From Clostridia bacterium (GTDB lineage Bacteria; Bacillota; Clostridia; UBA1381): a DNA stretch of 64,000 nucleotides. The stretch covers positions 14,466 to 78,465 of the forward strand of contig JAZRPY010000006.1 of NCBI GenBank assembly GCA_045649415.1, read 5' to 3'. Every line of letters starts with the position of its first letter. The first letter of the stretch is position 1. Shown piece after piece: positions 44,454-56,391 of this stretch. The notes beneath the pieces were generated by a model. The model was given only the letters and a program-made list of their open reading frames with translations. It made no database searches and was not told where the DNA came from. The translations under genes were made by a program, and so were the position numbers.

Positions 44454-45656
44454 TTAGCCATCGATTTCAGATACAACACCTGAACCAACTGTTCTACCAC
44501 CCTCACGGATAGCGAAACGCAAGCCCTTTTCGATAGCGATAGGAGTGATAAGCTCAACTTCCATCTTTACATTATCGCCAGGCATACACATTTCTGTACC
44601 AGCAGGTAATGTGATAACACCTGTAACGTCAGTTGTTCTGAAATAGAACTGAGGTCTGTAGTTGTTGAAGAATGGTGTATGACGGCCACCTTCATCCTTG
44701 GTCAATACATAAACTTCACCCTTGAACTTGGTGTGAGGATTGATTGAACCAGGCTTAGCCAATACTTGACCACGCTCGATTTCTGTTCTTTGAACACCAC
44801 GCAACAATGCGCCGATGTTATCACCAGCTTCTGCATAGTCAAGAAGCTTTCTGAACATTTCGATACCGGTTACAACAACCTTTCTGCTTTCGTCTGTTAA
44901 ACCAACGATTTCAACTTCTTCGTTGATGTTTAATTGACCTCTTTCAACTCTACTTGTCGCAACTGTACCACGGCCTGTGATTGAGAAGATATCCTCGATA
45001 GGCATCAAGAATGGTAAGTCAGCCTTTCTTTCAGGAGTTGGGATGTAGCTATCAACAGCATCCATCAAGTCTAAGATACACTTGTACTCAGGAGCATTGA
45101 TATCTGTTGATGTTGATTCAAGAACTTGAAGACCTGAACCTGAAACGATAGGTGTATCGTCACCTGGGAAGTCATACTCGCTAAGCAAGTCTCTGATTTC
45201 CATTTCAACTAATTCCATCAATTCTGGATCGTCAACTTGGTCAGCCTTGTTCATGAATACTACGATGTAAGGAACACCAACCTGACGAGAAAGCAAGATG
45301 TGCTCTCTTGTTTGAGGCATTGGGCCATCTGCTGCAGAAACAACAAGGATAGCACCGTCCATCTGAGCAGCACCAGTGATCATATTCTTAACATAGTCAG
45401 CGTGTCCTGGGCAGTCAACGTGAGCGTAGTGACGGTTGTCAGTTTCGTACTCAACGTGAGCTGTTGAAATTGTGATACCTCTTTCTCTTTCTTCTGGAGC
45501 CTTGTCAATCATGTCATAAGCTTCAAAGCTTGCTTGTCCCTTAAGTGATAAAACCTTAGTGATAGCAGCTGTTAAAGTTGTCTTACCATGGTCAACGTGT
45601 CCAATTGTACCAATGTTTACATGGGGTTTACTTCTTTCAAATTTTTCCTTTGCCAT
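44454..45656 (-). CDS. tuf: Elongation factor Tu
   Basis: [18 protein letters not shown] and NKAD motifs, 400 aa. Confidence 0.98.
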   Translation of the reverse strand: MAKEKFERSKPHVNIGTIGHVDHGKTTLTAAITKVLSLKGQASFEAYDMIDKAPEERERGITISTAHVEYETDNRHYAHVDCPGHADYVKNMITGAAQMDGAILVVSAADGPMPQTREHILLSRQVGVPYIVVFMNKADQVDDPELMELVEMEIRDLLSEYDFPGDDTPIVSGSGLQVLESTSTDINAPEYKCILDLMDAVDSYIPTPERKADLPFLMPIEDIFSITGRGTVATSRVERGQLNINEEVEIVGLTDESRKVVVTGIEMFRKLLDYAEAGDNIGALLRGVQRTEIERGQVLAKPGSINPHTKFKGEVYVLTKDEGGRHTPFFNNYRPQFYFRTTDVTGVITLPAGTEMCMPGDNVKMEVELITPIAIEKGLRFAIREGGRTVGSGVVSEIDG

Positions 45657-45788
45657 TGTAAATTTCCTCCTTATTTGGCATTTTGGGAAGGACTTTTAGA
45701 AAGTCCTTCCTTAATGCTTATTTTTATTTTAAATAAACTAATAATATTTTACACGATTTTTATGGAAAAATCAAGTGTTTTTTAAAAA

Positions 45789-47903
45789 TTAACCATTATT
45801 CTTTACTCTGTCGTTGATAATCTTTTCCTGAATTGACTTAGGAACCTCAGAGTAATGAGATGGTTCCATAGAATATTGACCACGACCCTGAGTTCTTGAA
45901 CGAAGCTCAGTTGCGTAACCAAACATCTCTGATAGTGGCACCATAGCAGTGATTCTTTGTGCACCGCCTGAAATTGCCTCCATCTTTTGAATCATACCTC
46001 TTCTTGAGTTAAGGTCGCCCATAACATCACCAAGGTATTCATCAGGCATGATAACATTAACAAGCATGATAGGCTCCTTAATAACAGGATCTGCCTTCTT
46101 CATGCCTTCCTTGAATGCCATAGAAGCGGCAATCTTAAATGCCATTTCAGATGAATCGACTTCATGGTAAGAACCATCGTAAAGTGTTACCTTTACATCA
46201 ACAACATTGTAGCCTGCCAATACACCTGAAAGCATAGCGCCCTGAACACCGGCATCAACTGCTGGAATATATTCCTTAGGAATAGCACCACCAACAATTG
46301 CATTAACGAATTCATAGCCCTTGCCCTCTTCCATTGGCTCAAGCTTCAATAGTACATGACCATATTGACCTTTACCACCTGATTGACGAGCATACTTGTT
46401 TTCAATGTTAACTTCTTTTCTGATAGCTTCACGATATGAAACCTGTGGTTCACCAACATTAGCTTCAACCTTGAATTCTCTCAAAAGTCTGTCAACAATA
46501 ATTTCGAGGTGAAGCTCACCCATACCTGCGATAATTGTTTGACCTGTTTCTTCATCTGTGTAGGTCTTGAAGGTTGGGTCTTCTTCAGCAAGCTTTGCTA
46601 ATGCAATACCCATCTTTTCTTGACCAGCCTTAGTTTTTGGCTCGATCGCAACACGGATAACTGGTTCTGGGAACTCCATAGACTCCAATATAATAGGATT
46701 CTTTTCGTCACAAAGTGTATCACCTGTGGTTGTGTTCTTAAGACCAACTGCAGCAGCGATATCACCTGAGTAAACTATTGAGATATCCTCTCTGTGATTA
46801 GCGTGCATTTGAAGAATTCTTCCCATACGCTCCTTGTTGCCCTTACAAGCATTAAGAACATAAGAGCCTGATTCAACTGTACCTGAGTAAACTCTGAAGA
46901 AGCAAATCTTACCAACGAAGGGGTCGGTTGCGATTTTGAATGCCAATGCAGCAAATGGCGCATTGTCAGATGAAGGTCTTTCATCCTCTTCCTCAGTATC
47001 AGGATTGATACCTTTGATGTTTGGAACATCAATAGGAGCAGGCATATAGTCGATAATAGCATCCAATAGCATCTGAACACCCTTGTTTCTGTAGGATGTT
47101 CCACAAAGCATAGGAACGATTTCGTTGTTGATGGTTGCCTTTCTCAAAGCCTTCTTAAGGTCATCTATAGCAATTTCCTCGCCCTCAAGATAAGCCATCA
47201 TCAATTCCTCATCGGTTTCTGCGATAGACTCAACCATTTTTGCTCTGTACTCTTCAGCTAATTCAAGCATATCGGCAGGGATTTCTTCCTCGCCGTACTG
47301 GGTGCCCATTTCATCATAATAGATTTCAGCCTTCATAGTCATAAGGTCAATGATACCCTTGAAGGTATCCTCTGAACCGATTGGAAGCTGAATGGGTACT
47401 CCGTTAGCATTCAAGCGCTCTTTAACCATTTTAACAACATTATAGAAATCTGCGCCCATAATGTCCATCTTATTAACATAAATCATACGGGGAACATTGT
47501 AGTCATTAGCCTGACGCCAAACAGTTTCAGACTGAGGCTCAACGCCACCCTTAGCACACATAACGGTTACTGAACCGTCAAGAACTCTCAAGGAACGCTG
47601 AACCTCAACTGTGAAGTCAACGTGTCCCGGTGTGTCGATAATATTGATTCTGTGCATCACATTAGCCTTTGAGCCTTCTTTTTTAGCCCAGAAACAGGTT
47701 GTAGCAGCAGAAGTAATTGTGATACCTCTTTCTTGCTCCTGTGCCATCCAGTCCATAGTACCTGCACCCTCGTGGGTTTCGCCCATCTTATGGATTCGGC
47801 CTGTGTAGTACAGAATTCTTTCGGTTGTTGTTGTTTTACCGGCATCAATATGAGCCATGATACCAATATTTCTAGTATTTTCCAATGAATATTCTCTACC
47901 CAT
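45789..47903 (-). CDS. fusA: Elongation factor G
   Basis: [23 protein letters not shown] and NKMD motifs, 704 aa. Confidence 0.98.
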   Translation of the reverse strand: MGREYSLENTRNIGIMAHIDAGKTTTTERILYYTGRIHKMGETHEGAGTMDWMAQEQERGITITSAATTCFWAKKEGSKANVMHRINIIDTPGHVDFTVEVQRSLRVLDGSVTVMCAKGGVEPQSETVWRQANDYNVPRMIYVNKMDIMGADFYNVVKMVKERLNANGVPIQLPIGSEDTFKGIIDLMTMKAEIYYDEMGTQYGEEEIPADMLELAEEYRAKMVESIAETDEELMMAYLEGEEIAIDDLKKALRKATINNEIVPMLCGTSYRNKGVQMLLDAIIDYMPAPIDVPNIKGINPDTEEEDERPSSDNAPFAALAFKIATDPFVGKICFFRVYSGTVESGSYVLNACKGNKERMGRILQMHANHREDISIVYSGDIAAAVGLKNTTTGDTLCDEKNPIILESMEFPEPVIRVAIEPKTKAGQEKMGIALAKLAEEDPTFKTYTDEETGQTIIAGMGELHLEIIVDRLLREFKVEANVGEPQVSYREAIRKEVNIENKYARQSGGKGQYGHVLLKLEPMEEGKGYEFVNAIVGGAIPKEYIPAVDAGVQGAMLSGVLAGYNVVDVKVTLYDGSYHEVDSSEMAFKIAASMAFKEGMKKADPVIKEPIMLVNVIMPDEYLGDVMGDLNSRRGMIQKMEAISGGAQRITAMVPLSEMFGYATELRSRTQGRGQYSMEPSHYSEVPKSIQEKIINDRVKNNG

Positions 47904-48012
47904 TTATGTGTCCTCCTTTCCTTGTGTCTTTATAACAAAGAATTTTCGTTTTTGAATTTAGTATGCATTATATAATAGGAAACAATTCCTAAATATAAAA
48001 CATTTCGGGATA

Positions 48013-48552
<540 letters not shown>

Positions 48553-48657
48553 TTAATTTTTCAAAACCCCGTGTGTGCGTATGCGACTTATATTTTGAAT
48601 ATAACGCGATATGCACTAATCATGTGATACATTTACAACGCAAAACCTGTTAGCTTA

Positions 48658-49080
48658 TTATTTCTTTTCAGGCTTTGGCCTCTTAGCGCCGTACTTAGAA
48701 CGGCTCTGCATTCTCTTGGCAACACCTTGTGTATCAAGTGTACCTCTGATAATGTGATATCTGGTACCTGGAAGGTCTTTAACTCTTCCGCCTCTGATTA
48801 ACACAACGCTATGTTCCTGAAGATTGTGACCGATACCTGGAATGTATGCAGTTACTTCAATTCCGTTAGTAAGCTTTACTCTGGCAATCTTACGAAGAGC
48901 TGAGTTAGGCTTCTTAGGAGTTGCAGTTCTTACTGCTGTACATACACCTCTCTTTTGTGGTGAGCTGTGGTCATTGGTCTTTTTCTTCAAAGAGTTCAAA
49001 CTCTTCTGGAGCGCAGGAGCAGTTGACTTCTTAACTGAAGTTTGTCTGCCCTTTCTAACCAATTGATTAAATGTTGGCAT
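48658..49080 (-). CDS. rpsL: 30S ribosomal protein S12
   Basis: [12 protein letters not shown]...[10 protein letters not shown]... Confidence 0.98.
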   Translation of the reverse strand: MPTFNQLVRKGRQTSVKKSTAPALQKSLNSLKKKTNDHSSPQKRGVCTAVRTATPKKPNSALRKIARVKLTNGIEVTAYIPGIGHNLQEHSVVLIRGGRVKDLPGTRYHIIRGTLDTQGVAKRMQSRSKYGAKRPKPEKK

Positions 49081-49155
49081 ACCGTGTTACACCTCTCTTT
49101 CTTTGAAAATGATTTATATTATAACACACCTGTTTGGGATGTGGTATAAACAAGG

Positions 49156-49398
49156 TTATTTTAAAACTGCTGCACAGGATGCACCCACATCTATGCTGCA
49201 AAGCTTACCTAAAGCCTTTCTTGATTCTGCCTCACAAAAGGGAACACCCTTTTGGTTGCAGACCTCTTTTATAGGGAGCAGAATTTTATCGTCACAGTCG
49301 CAGGCTATATAGACCTTTGAAACGGAGTCTGCCAAAAGAGCATTCATAACCTCTTTAAAGCCGATTTTTAAATTGTTTTTATCCAATCCGTCAACCAT
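49156..49398 (-). CDS. L7Ae-family ribosome-associated protein (YbxF/RplGB-like)
   Basis: 80 aa located immediately upstream of rpsL, as ybxF is in B. subtilis. It has an L7Ae-like GFKEVMNAL...VYIA.D segment. Confidence 0.7.
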   Translation of the reverse strand: MVDGLDKNNLKIGFKEVMNALLADSVSKVYIACDCDDKILLPIKEVCNQKGVPFCEAESRKALGKLCSIDVGASCAAVLK

Positions 49399-49451
49399 GA
49401 CCTATTCTTTTCCTTCCATATTATAATCTGCTTTACACCATAAGCTATACA

Positions 49452-49481
49452 AGTATATCAAAAAGTATTAGTAAATGTCAA
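49452..49481 (-). promoter_or_regulatory. Sigma-A promoter for the ybxF-rpsL-rpsG-fusA-tuf block
   Basis: Minus strand TTGACA - 18 nt ending in TGA - TATACT. Confidence 0.5.
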
Positions 49482-49841
49482 GTGTTTTTTTAAAAATAAT
49501 CTCCAAAAAATGCTGAATTTACGCCACATTCAAGGTGTTCATTATGTGCATAATGACGCTGTGCACAAGGTGTAGTGTTTAAGGGCTTTAAAAATCTACA
49601 ATATATAGTAATTTCGAGGGATTACATAAATAGCTACAAAAATTTATAGTATTTTGTGTATTTTATTTGGTAAAAACTCCAAAATTTAAAAAAACAAGGT
49701 AAAATGTCATAAATTTAACAAAATACTCTTGTATATTTTCAAGTTTTGAGGTAAAATATAAAATGATAGGCTTACAGGGGGAGAAATATCTTCCAACTTA
49801 AAGCTTAATTTAAAAATTAAATTTTTAGGAGGATGTTAATC

Positions 49842-50855
49842 ATGGCAGTTAAAGTTGCGATTAATGGTTTTGGTCGTATCGGACGTTTGGCTTTCAGACA
49901 AATGTTTGGTGCAGAGGGTTATGAAATTGTTGCAATCAACGATTTAACAGACCCAAAAATGTTGGCTCACTTATTGAAGTATGACTCTTCACAAGGCAGA
50001 TATGACGGTCACACCGTTGAGGCTGCTGAGGGTGCAATCATTGTTGATGGTAAGAAAATCACTATTTACAGCGAGCCAAAGGCTGCTGATTTACCATGGG
50101 GTAAAATTGGCGTAGATGTTGTTTTGGAATGTACAGGTTTCTACTGCTCAAAGGAAAAGAGCCAGGCTCACATTGATGCAGGTGCAAAGAAGGTTGTTAT
50201 TTCTGCTCCTGCAGGAAACGATCTTAAAACAATCGTATTCAGCGTAAACGAGGATACTTTAACAGCTGAGGACACAATCATTTCAGCTGCTTCTTGTACA
50301 ACAAACTGCTTAGCTCCAATGGCTAAGGCTTTGAACGATTTCGCACCAATCCAATCAGGTATCATGGCTACAATCCATGCATACACAGGTGACCAGATGA
50401 TTCTTGACGGTCCACACAGAAAGGGCGATTTGAGAAGAGCAAGAGCAGGTGCTGTAAATATCGTTCCTAACTCAACAGGTGCAGCTAAGGCTATCGGCTT
50501 GGTTATCCCTGAGTTGAACGGTAAGCTTATCGGTTCTGCACAAAGAGTTCCTGTTCCAACAGGCTCAACAACAATTCTTACTGCAGTTGTTAAGGGCAAG
50601 GATATCACAAAAGAGGGTATCAATGCTGCAATGAAGGCTGCTGCTTCAGAATCATTCGGCTACAACGAGGACGAAATTGTTTCTTCAGATATCATTGGTA
50701 TCCGTTACGGTTCATTGTTTGATGCTACTCAGACAATGGTATGTAAGATTTCTGATGACTTATATGAGGTTCAGGTTGTTTCATGGTATGACAACGAAAA
50801 CTCATACACAAGCCAGATGGTAAGAACAATTAAGTATTTTGCTGAATTGAACTAA
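49842..50855 (+). CDS. gap: Glyceraldehyde-3-phosphate dehydrogenase (type I)
   Basis: [11 protein letters not shown] and SCTTNCLAP motifs. ATG 49842 is preferred on spacing from AGGAGG. Confidence 0.95.
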   Translation: MAVKVAINGFGRIGRLAFRQMFGAEGYEIVAINDLTDPKMLAHLLKYDSSQGRYDGHTVEAAEGAIIVDGKKITIYSEPKAADLPWGKIGVDVVLECTGFYCSKEKSQAHIDAGAKKVVISAPAGNDLKTIVFSVNEDTLTAEDTIISAASCTTNCLAPMAKALNDFAPIQSGIMATIHAYTGDQMILDGPHRKGDLRRARAGAVNIVPNSTGAAKAIGLVIPELNGKLIGSAQRVPVPTGSTTILTAVVKGKDITKEGINAAMKAAASESFGYNEDEIVSSDIIGIRYGSLFDATQTMVCKISDDLYEVQVVSWYDNENSYTSQMVRTIKYFAELN

Positions 50856-50870
50856 TCTTATACTGAATTT

Positions 50871-50909
50871 AAAAATCGCTTATCCTATTGGATAGGCGAT
50901 TTTTTTTTG
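50871..50909 (+). terminator. Rho-independent terminator after gap
   Basis: Stem atcgcttatcc/ggataggcgat followed by a T9 run. Confidence 0.85.
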
Positions 50910-50942
50910 TGCCTTTTTTCGTTCTAAAGCAGAAAACTTGTA

Positions 50943-50950
50943 CATATAAT
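50943..50950 (+). promoter_or_regulatory. Candidate sigma-E-type -10 element upstream of spoIIIAA
   Basis: CATATAAT has one mismatch to the consensus CATACAnT. This is a motif match only. Confidence 0.3.
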
Positions 50951-50983
50951 CTATAAAGAAAAACAAAGGAGAGGATGAATATA

Positions 50984-51910
50984 ATGCTGATAGTAAACAA
51001 CCAAAAGGAGAAAAGTATTGACAAGATATTGAAGTATCTCCCTAAAAAAATAAGAAATGTTATGTATTTTCTGCCCACAGAGGGATTAGAGGAAATAAGA
51101 CTGAGGCAAGGGTTACCAATTGCACTATATTATAGCGACCGATGCTTGTATATAACCAAGGACGGAAAGCTTTCGGTGAGCTACACAGGTTGTATGGTTG
51201 CAACCAAGCAGGATTTGATAGAGGGAGTGGAGTTGATAAGCGAGGCATCGGTTTACGCCCTTGGTGATGAGATAAAGAACGGATATATAACTGTTGATGG
51301 TGGAAATCGTGTGGGAATTTGTGGAAGCACGGTGCTTAGTGACGGAAAAATTGTCAACATAAATTATATTTCTGCTTTGAATTATCGTATCGCAAAGGAG
51401 GTAATTGGTGTTGCAAGAGATGTTATGCCCTACATATACAATCGTCCGAATGTGAGAAACACCTTGATTATATCCCCACCTCAATGTGGCAAGACAACAC
51501 TTTTGAGGGATGTGGCACGCTCCTTGTCGGAGGAGGGGAAAAAGGTGAGCATTATTGATGAGAGAAATGAAATTTCTGCTATGACAGACGGATATTTTGG
51601 ATATAACTTAGGCGCTTCCTGTGATGTTTTAAAGGGTGCAACCAAGGCAGAGGGAAGTCTTTTAATGCTCAGGAGCATGTCCCCTGATGTGATAGTTACC
51701 GACGAGCTTGGTGAGGAAGAAGAGGGACGAGTTTTATCGAAATTAGCCAGTTCAGGAGTGAATTTAATATCCACCATCCATGCCAAAAATCGAGAAGACT
51801 TAAAAAAAAGAAAGGAAATAGCGTCAATGACAGAATTCTTCTCCTGCTTTGTCACCTTGAGTCGCAGAAATGGTGTAGGGACAGTTGAGGAGATATATTG
51901 TGTTGATTAA
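50984..51910 (+). CDS. spoIIIAA: Stage III sporulation protein AA (ATPase)
   Basis: Walker A SPPQCGKTTLLRD and Walker B VIVTDELG. It is the first gene of an eight-gene cluster. Confidence 0.85.
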   Translation: MLIVNNQKEKSIDKILKYLPKKIRNVMYFLPTEGLEEIRLRQGLPIALYYSDRCLYITKDGKLSVSYTGCMVATKQDLIEGVELISEASVYALGDEIKNGYITVDGGNRVGICGSTVLSDGKIVNINYISALNYRIAKEVIGVARDVMPYIYNRPNVRNTLIISPPQCGKTTLLRDVARSLSEEGKKVSIIDERNEISAMTDGYFGYNLGASCDVLKGATKAEGSLLMLRSMSPDVIVTDELGEEEEGRVLSKLASSGVNLISTIHAKNREDLKKRKEIASMTEFFSCFVTLSRRNGVGTVEEIYCVD

Positions 51911-52406
51911 GTTAATAGGAGGATTGGCAATTATTATCTCAGGAGTGTGGTGGGGACTTATAAAGTCAAACGAATTAAAGCTGAGAGTAGAGTCCCTTGA
52001 AAATATAAAAGCCGCTTTGGGCGTGCTTGAATCGGAGATTTCCTTCTCCTCCCACTATTTAAAGGACGCATTTTTAAGAATAGAAAGACTTTGCCCCTGT
52101 GGTGAGCTTTTTGGTGGTACTGCCGAGAAAATGAAGAGGTTACCTGTGAGGGATGCGTGGTGTGACACATTGGTGGAGCTTTCAAAAGGCTATAAATTAA
52201 AGCAATCTGATGTGGATATTTTAAAAACCTTTTCAGCCGAGCTTGGAAAAAGCGACAAGGAGCAACAGATAAAAAATATACACAGAATCACAGAGCTTTT
52301 AAAGGTTTCAGTAGCCGATGCCCGTGAGGAGTATAAAACAATGGCGAAGCTATATCGCAGTACAGGGATTTTAACAGGACTTTTTATTGTGATAATTTTG
52401 CTTTAG
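51900..52406 (+). CDS. spoIIIAB: Stage III sporulation protein AB
   Basis: Position in the operon, an N-terminal TM helix, and GTG 51900 lying 8 nt after GAGGAG. Confidence 0.75.
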   Translation: MLIKLIGGLAIIISGVWWGLIKSNELKLRVESLENIKAALGVLESEISFSSHYLKDAFLRIERLCPCGELFGGTAEKMKRLPVRDAWCDTLVELSKGYKLKQSDVDILKTFSAELGKSDKEQQIKNIHRITELLKVSVADAREEYKTMAKLYRSTGILTGLFIVIILL

Positions 52407-52420
52407 CGGAGGAGATAAAA

Positions 52421-52615
52421 ATGAATGTTGAGTTGATTTTCCAGATAGCAGGAGTGGGAATAATTGTAGCAGTTTTAAATCAATTGCTTGTTCGTTCGGG
52501 CAGAGAAGAACAGGCACTTTTAACCACCATTGCAGGACTTGTGGTGGTGTTGTTAATTCTCACTCAGGAGATAGGGAATTTATTTGAAACTATAAAGAGG
52601 ATATTTAATTTCTGA
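52421..52615 (+). CDS. spoIIIAC: Stage III sporulation protein AC
   Basis: 64-aa two-TM protein with IFQIAGVGIIVAVLNQLL... Confidence 0.8.
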   Translation: MNVELIFQIAGVGIIVAVLNQLLVRSGREEQALLTTIAGLVVVLLILTQEIGNLFETIKRIFNF

Positions 52616-52632
52616 TGTAACGGAGGATGAAT

Positions 52633-53025
52633 ATGAATGCCTTCCAGATAGCAGGGGTGGGGATAATTGGTGCATTTTTAGCAATTACTCTTAAAAACTG
52701 GCGACCGGAAATTGCGATGGTGATAGGCGTAGCAGCAGGAGTTATATTGCTGATTGGGATAATGGGAACAGTTGAGAATGTGATAGATGAGTATGGGACA
52801 TTGTTGGACAGGAGTGGTATCGACAAAAGATATTTCAAGCTCCTTATAAAAATCATAGGAGTAAGCTATATAACGAAATTTGCAACCGAGATATGTAATG
52901 ATAGTGGAGAGAGTGCTATTGCAGGCAGAGTTGAGCTTGCAGGCAAGGTGACTGTTTTTGCAATGACCATACCCATAATAAACAGCTTCCTTTCCCTTAT
53001 TATAGATATACTTGATACCTTTTAA
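52633..53025 (+). CDS. spoIIIAD: Stage III sporulation protein AD
   Basis: AFQIAGVGIIGAFLAITLK... makes it a paralog-like partner of AC. Multi-TM protein. Confidence 0.8.
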   Translation: MNAFQIAGVGIIGAFLAITLKNWRPEIAMVIGVAAGVILLIGIMGTVENVIDEYGTLLDRSGIDKRYFKLLIKIIGVSYITKFATEICNDSGESAIAGRVELAGKVTVFAMTIPIINSFLSLIIDILDTF

Positions 53026-54095
53026 TGAGTAAAATGAAGAAAATATTTTTATTGGTGCTTTTGTGTGTGAGTATCTTTTCAACAAAAGTCTTTGCCTCAC
53101 AATCTAATCACATAGAGGGTGAGGAGTTCTTTAACGAAACTGCAGACAAAATAACAAAGGGGGAGCTAACATTAAAGCCTGTTGAGGTTATAAATGGCTT
53201 CTTAGACCAATTGCTTGTCGAAATAAGAAAAAGTCGCAAGGAAATGGTCAGTCTGCTTGTGATTGCACTTTTGTCGGGGATTTTACAGGCAATAAGGGGA
53301 AAAGAGGAGCAGGACGGAATAGGTGAGGCAGGTATTCTTGCCTGCTTTGTGATGATGACAATTTCGGCACTTGAAATTTTTAAAACCACAGTTGGTTATG
53401 GCAGTGATGTGGTGGGGGATTTAACGGATTTTGTGACCAAGCTATCCCCTGTTTTCGCTGTTCTGTTGGTGTCGGGTGGAGCAGTGTCCTCAGCATCGGC
53501 ATTTCACCCTATTTTATCAGGAGCAGTTTATCTTATGACGGTTATATGTGATAAGGTGGTAATTCCCCTTATGTATTTCAGCACTGCCTTAGGGGTTGTG
53601 GGAAATATCACTCCCCGACTCAAGATAAGCCGATTTACAGGGATAATCAGATCGGTGGCAAAGTGGATATTATTATCCTGCCTCACAGTTTTTAGTGGGA
53701 TTACTGCCATCTATGGATTTTCTGCACCTGTTTTTGATGCAGTGGCACTAAGATCGGTAAAATTCGCAGTGGGGAGCTTTGTACCTGTGGTGGGTGGACT
53801 TTTATCCGAAACTGTGGAAACTGTCCTGACAGGAACCAAGCTTATGAAAAACTCAGTGGGCGTTGCAGGGATAATCACAATAATTGTGATTTGTTTTGTG
53901 CCTGTTTTAAAAATTTTTGCCATTAAAATTATGCTTGAGCTATGTGCAGGTGCTGTTGAGCCACTTGCCGATAACAGAATCACCGAGATGTTAAAAGACA
54001 TCTCAGCCTCCATTTCTCTTATGATTTCAATGGTTATAACAGTGTCTATGCTATTTATTATCTGCATTGGCATTATCTTGGGTGCTACAGGGTAG
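53025..54095 (+). CDS. spoIIIAE: Stage III sporulation protein AE
   Basis: Signal peptide and about 7 TM helices. The start overlaps the AD stop (TAATG). Confidence 0.8.
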   Translation: MSKMKKIFLLVLLCVSIFSTKVFASQSNHIEGEEFFNETADKITKGELTLKPVEVINGFLDQLLVEIRKSRKEMVSLLVIALLSGILQAIRGKEEQDGIGEAGILACFVMMTISALEIFKTTVGYGSDVVGDLTDFVTKLSPVFAVLLVSGGAVSSASAFHPILSGAVYLMTVICDKVVIPLMYFSTALGVVGNITPRLKISRFTGIIRSVAKWILLSCLTVFSGITAIYGFSAPVFDAVALRSVKFAVGSFVPVVGGLLSETVETVLTGTKLMKNSVGVAGIITIIVICFVPVLKIFAIKIMLELCAGAVEPLADNRITEMLKDISASISLMISMVITVSMLFIICIGIILGATG

Positions 54096-54105
54096 GTGAG
54101 TTGTT

Positions 54106-54555
54106 ATGAAGGGATATATAATAAAAATAATAGGTGCTGCATTACTTTCGGTTTTTGCAGACATAATGTCCCCAAAGGGTTGGGAAAAATATATCGGTGT
54201 GGTAACGGGAATGATTTTGTTGTCCGTTATGGTTTTCCCTGTTGCAGAACTAAAAGAGATTGACTTATTAAAGGACATTGAGGGTGTGGACTATAGCGTG
54301 GAGACGGGGTTAAAACAGTATCAATCGGCATTGATGTCTGAGTTTTCAAAGAGCATTGCAATAGATGTACGCGACAGAATAAAAAGGGAATTTGACTGTG
54401 ATGTATCGGCAGAGGCAACAGTTGACATAGATGATAATGGAAATATAAAAAGCATCTCAAAAATAATAATTAAAGGAAATGACTTAAACACCGATATAAA
54501 AGAAAGAATATCTTACATTTATGATGTTGACGAGGTGGTCATTTATGACGAGTGA
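54106..54555 (+). CDS. spoIIIAF: Stage III sporulation protein AF
   Basis: Position in the operon, two N-terminal TM helices and a soluble domain. Confidence 0.7.
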   Translation: MKGYIIKIIGAALLSVFADIMSPKGWEKYIGVVTGMILLSVMVFPVAELKEIDLLKDIEGVDYSVETGLKQYQSALMSEFSKSIAIDVRDRIKREFDCDVSAEATVDIDDNGNIKSISKIIIKGNDLNTDIKERISYIYDVDEVVIYDE

Positions 54556-55045
54556 CAAAATATTTTCTAAAATAAGGAATACAAAATACATTTATATAAT
54601 AGTTATAATTGGAGCAGTTATAATGCTTTTTTCCTCGTTTTCTGTTGACAATGAGGAGGAAAAGAAGAATGGCGAATATACTGAGGAAAGTGAATCGGAG
54701 GAGATGAGGCTTGAGAGAATTTTATCAGAAATAACGGGCGTGGGCGAGGCAAAGGTTATGATAACCTATTACGAAAGCACTAAAAAGACCATTGCCTATG
54801 AAAAAAAGGTGGATAAGCGAGCCGATACAATTCAGGGCTTTGGAGGAGAAAGTGTGGATGAAAAGGCAGTAATGGCAGAGGGTGAGCCTGTGGTTATAAA
54901 ACAGGTATATCCTGAGGTGAAGGGTGTGATTGTAGTTTCAAAGGGGGCAGGGAGTCCCTCGGTCAATCAGGCTATTTGCGAGGCAGTGTCAACTGCTCTG
55001 GGAATTGGTATGCATAAAATTTGTGTCCTCCCGGGAGGAATGTAA
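54545..55045 (+). CDS. spoIIIAG: Stage III sporulation protein AG
   Basis: TM anchor, acidic linker, then LSEITGVGEAKVMITY..., a YscJ/FliF-like ring-building motif region. Confidence 0.75.
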   Translation: MTSDKIFSKIRNTKYIYIIVIIGAVIMLFSSFSVDNEEEKKNGEYTEESESEEMRLERILSEITGVGEAKVMITYYESTKKTIAYEKKVDKRADTIQGFGGESVDEKAVMAEGEPVVIKQVYPEVKGVIVVSKGAGSPSVNQAICEAVSTALGIGMHKICVLPGGM

Positions 55046-55070
55046 TAAATATATTTTGGAGGTAGTAGTT

Positions 55071-55625
55071 ATGATGGTTTTGAAAAAAAAGGAAATTGTG
55101 GCAGCGGCATTGGTTGTGCTTATCGGTGTTGCAGGATATATGAATTGGTCGTATCAGGACACAATCCGTGTGACCGATGGTGAAATCTATGAGGAAACAG
55201 GGAAAAGACTCGGCGAGGCTCAGTATGTGAATACCACAAAGAAGGATGTTGAAAAGGATACTGAGAACAAAGTCCCACAAGACCAGCTTGCAGCAGCAAA
55301 GCTTGAAAAGGAAAACGCCCGTTCAAAGTCAATGGAAATATTAAAGGAAACTGCCGAAAACGAAAGCTTTGACGAGGCTACCAGAAAGGATGCACAAAAC
55401 AGAATTTTAAAAATGGCAGAAAATGTTGAAAAGGAAGCCACTATTGAAAGTATTGCGGCAGCAAAAGGGTATTCGGGTGTGTTCGTGTACATAGACTCGG
55501 ATATGGTGGATATTCTTGTTAAGAAGGACGGAATGTCGGAAAAGGATGTGATTATCCTAAAGGATATTGCAATGGAGCAATTAAAAATCGGTGCAGAAAA
55601 TATAAAAATTGTACAGGTGCAATAA
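55071..55625 (+). CDS. spoIIIAH: Stage III sporulation protein AH
   Basis: Last gene of the cluster. It has a TM anchor and a charged coiled region. ATG 55071 follows GGAGG. Confidence 0.7.
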   Translation: MMVLKKKEIVAAALVVLIGVAGYMNWSYQDTIRVTDGEIYEETGKRLGEAQYVNTTKKDVEKDTENKVPQDQLAAAKLEKENARSKSMEILKETAENESFDEATRKDAQNRILKMAENVEKEATIESIAAAKGYSGVFVYIDSDMVDILVKKDGMSEKDVIILKDIAMEQLKIGAENIKIVQVQ

Positions 55626-55751
55626 AAATTTTGAAAAATGAGCAAAATAGCATTGAAGTTTTAAAAAAAATTTGATATAATATAAAAGAGGCTTAATAAA
55701 AACTTTATGGGACTGTTAGCTGAATAGTCATTACCAAAGGAGGAAAAAGCT

Positions 55752-56243
55752 ATGAATTCAAAAGATATTATTGATGAAGTTGTTGAGATACCACAAGAGG
55801 GAGAAGAGGAAGCTCAAAGCAATGTGAAAATATCCACAGATGTTGTTGCAACCATTGCCGCAATTGCCACAGGTGATGTTAAAGGGGTTGCAGGAATGAG
55901 CAGCTCGTTGGTGAACGGAATTGCAGAAATTTTCTCGGCAAAGAAAAATCTTTCAAAGGGTGTTAAGGTTGACATTAAGGAGAATACTGTTGTTATTGAC
56001 CTTTATATTGCAGTGGATTATGGTATGAGAATTCCAGAAATTGCATGGGAGGTTCAGGAAAATGTTAAAAATGATGTTGAAACCATGACAGGACTTGTGG
56101 TTGAAAAGGTGAATATCCATGTTGAAGGGGTTAGCTTCGAAAAGGCTAAAAACGAGGAAAAAGCTGAGCTTCAACAAGAGGATGAGCAAGACGAGGTCAT
56201 AGTTGCAGAAACTGTGATTGAGGAATTGAAGGAAGAGGAATAA
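55752..56243 (+). CDS. Asp23/Gls24-family envelope stress protein
   Basis: ISTDVVATIAAIATGDVKGVAGM. A gene of this family follows spoIIIAH in B. subtilis (yqhY). Confidence 0.8.
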   Translation: MNSKDIIDEVVEIPQEGEEEAQSNVKISTDVVATIAAIATGDVKGVAGMSSSLVNGIAEIFSAKKNLSKGVKVDIKENTVVIDLYIAVDYGMRIPEIAWEVQENVKNDVETMTGLVVEKVNIHVEGVSFEKAKNEEKAELQQEDEQDEVIVAETVIEELKEEE

Positions 56244-56253
56244 TAAAAAGCAA

Positions 56254-56288
56254 AAAAGAAGGAATAAAAGGTTATTCCTTCTTTTTTA
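56254..56288 (+). terminator. Rho-independent terminator
   Basis: Stem agaaggaataa/ttattccttct followed by a T-run. Confidence 0.75.
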
Positions 56289-56391
56289 ATTGTTATATAA
56301 TCGTAATCTTTTCGTTATTGAATTGTATTCGGATTTTTTGTATAATATAATCAGGTTAATAGACAAAAAAACCGAAGGGAATGATAAAAAA

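Noticed and set aside
56290-56391. An N-terminal extension of the nrdR ORF, and likewise the mnmE ORF extension at 56834..56869.
   Set aside because: NrdR invariably starts at MKCPYCG. The extension covers the terminator and promoter region. The mnmE extension overlaps the nrdR 3' end, and ATG 56870 gives the conserved N-terminus.
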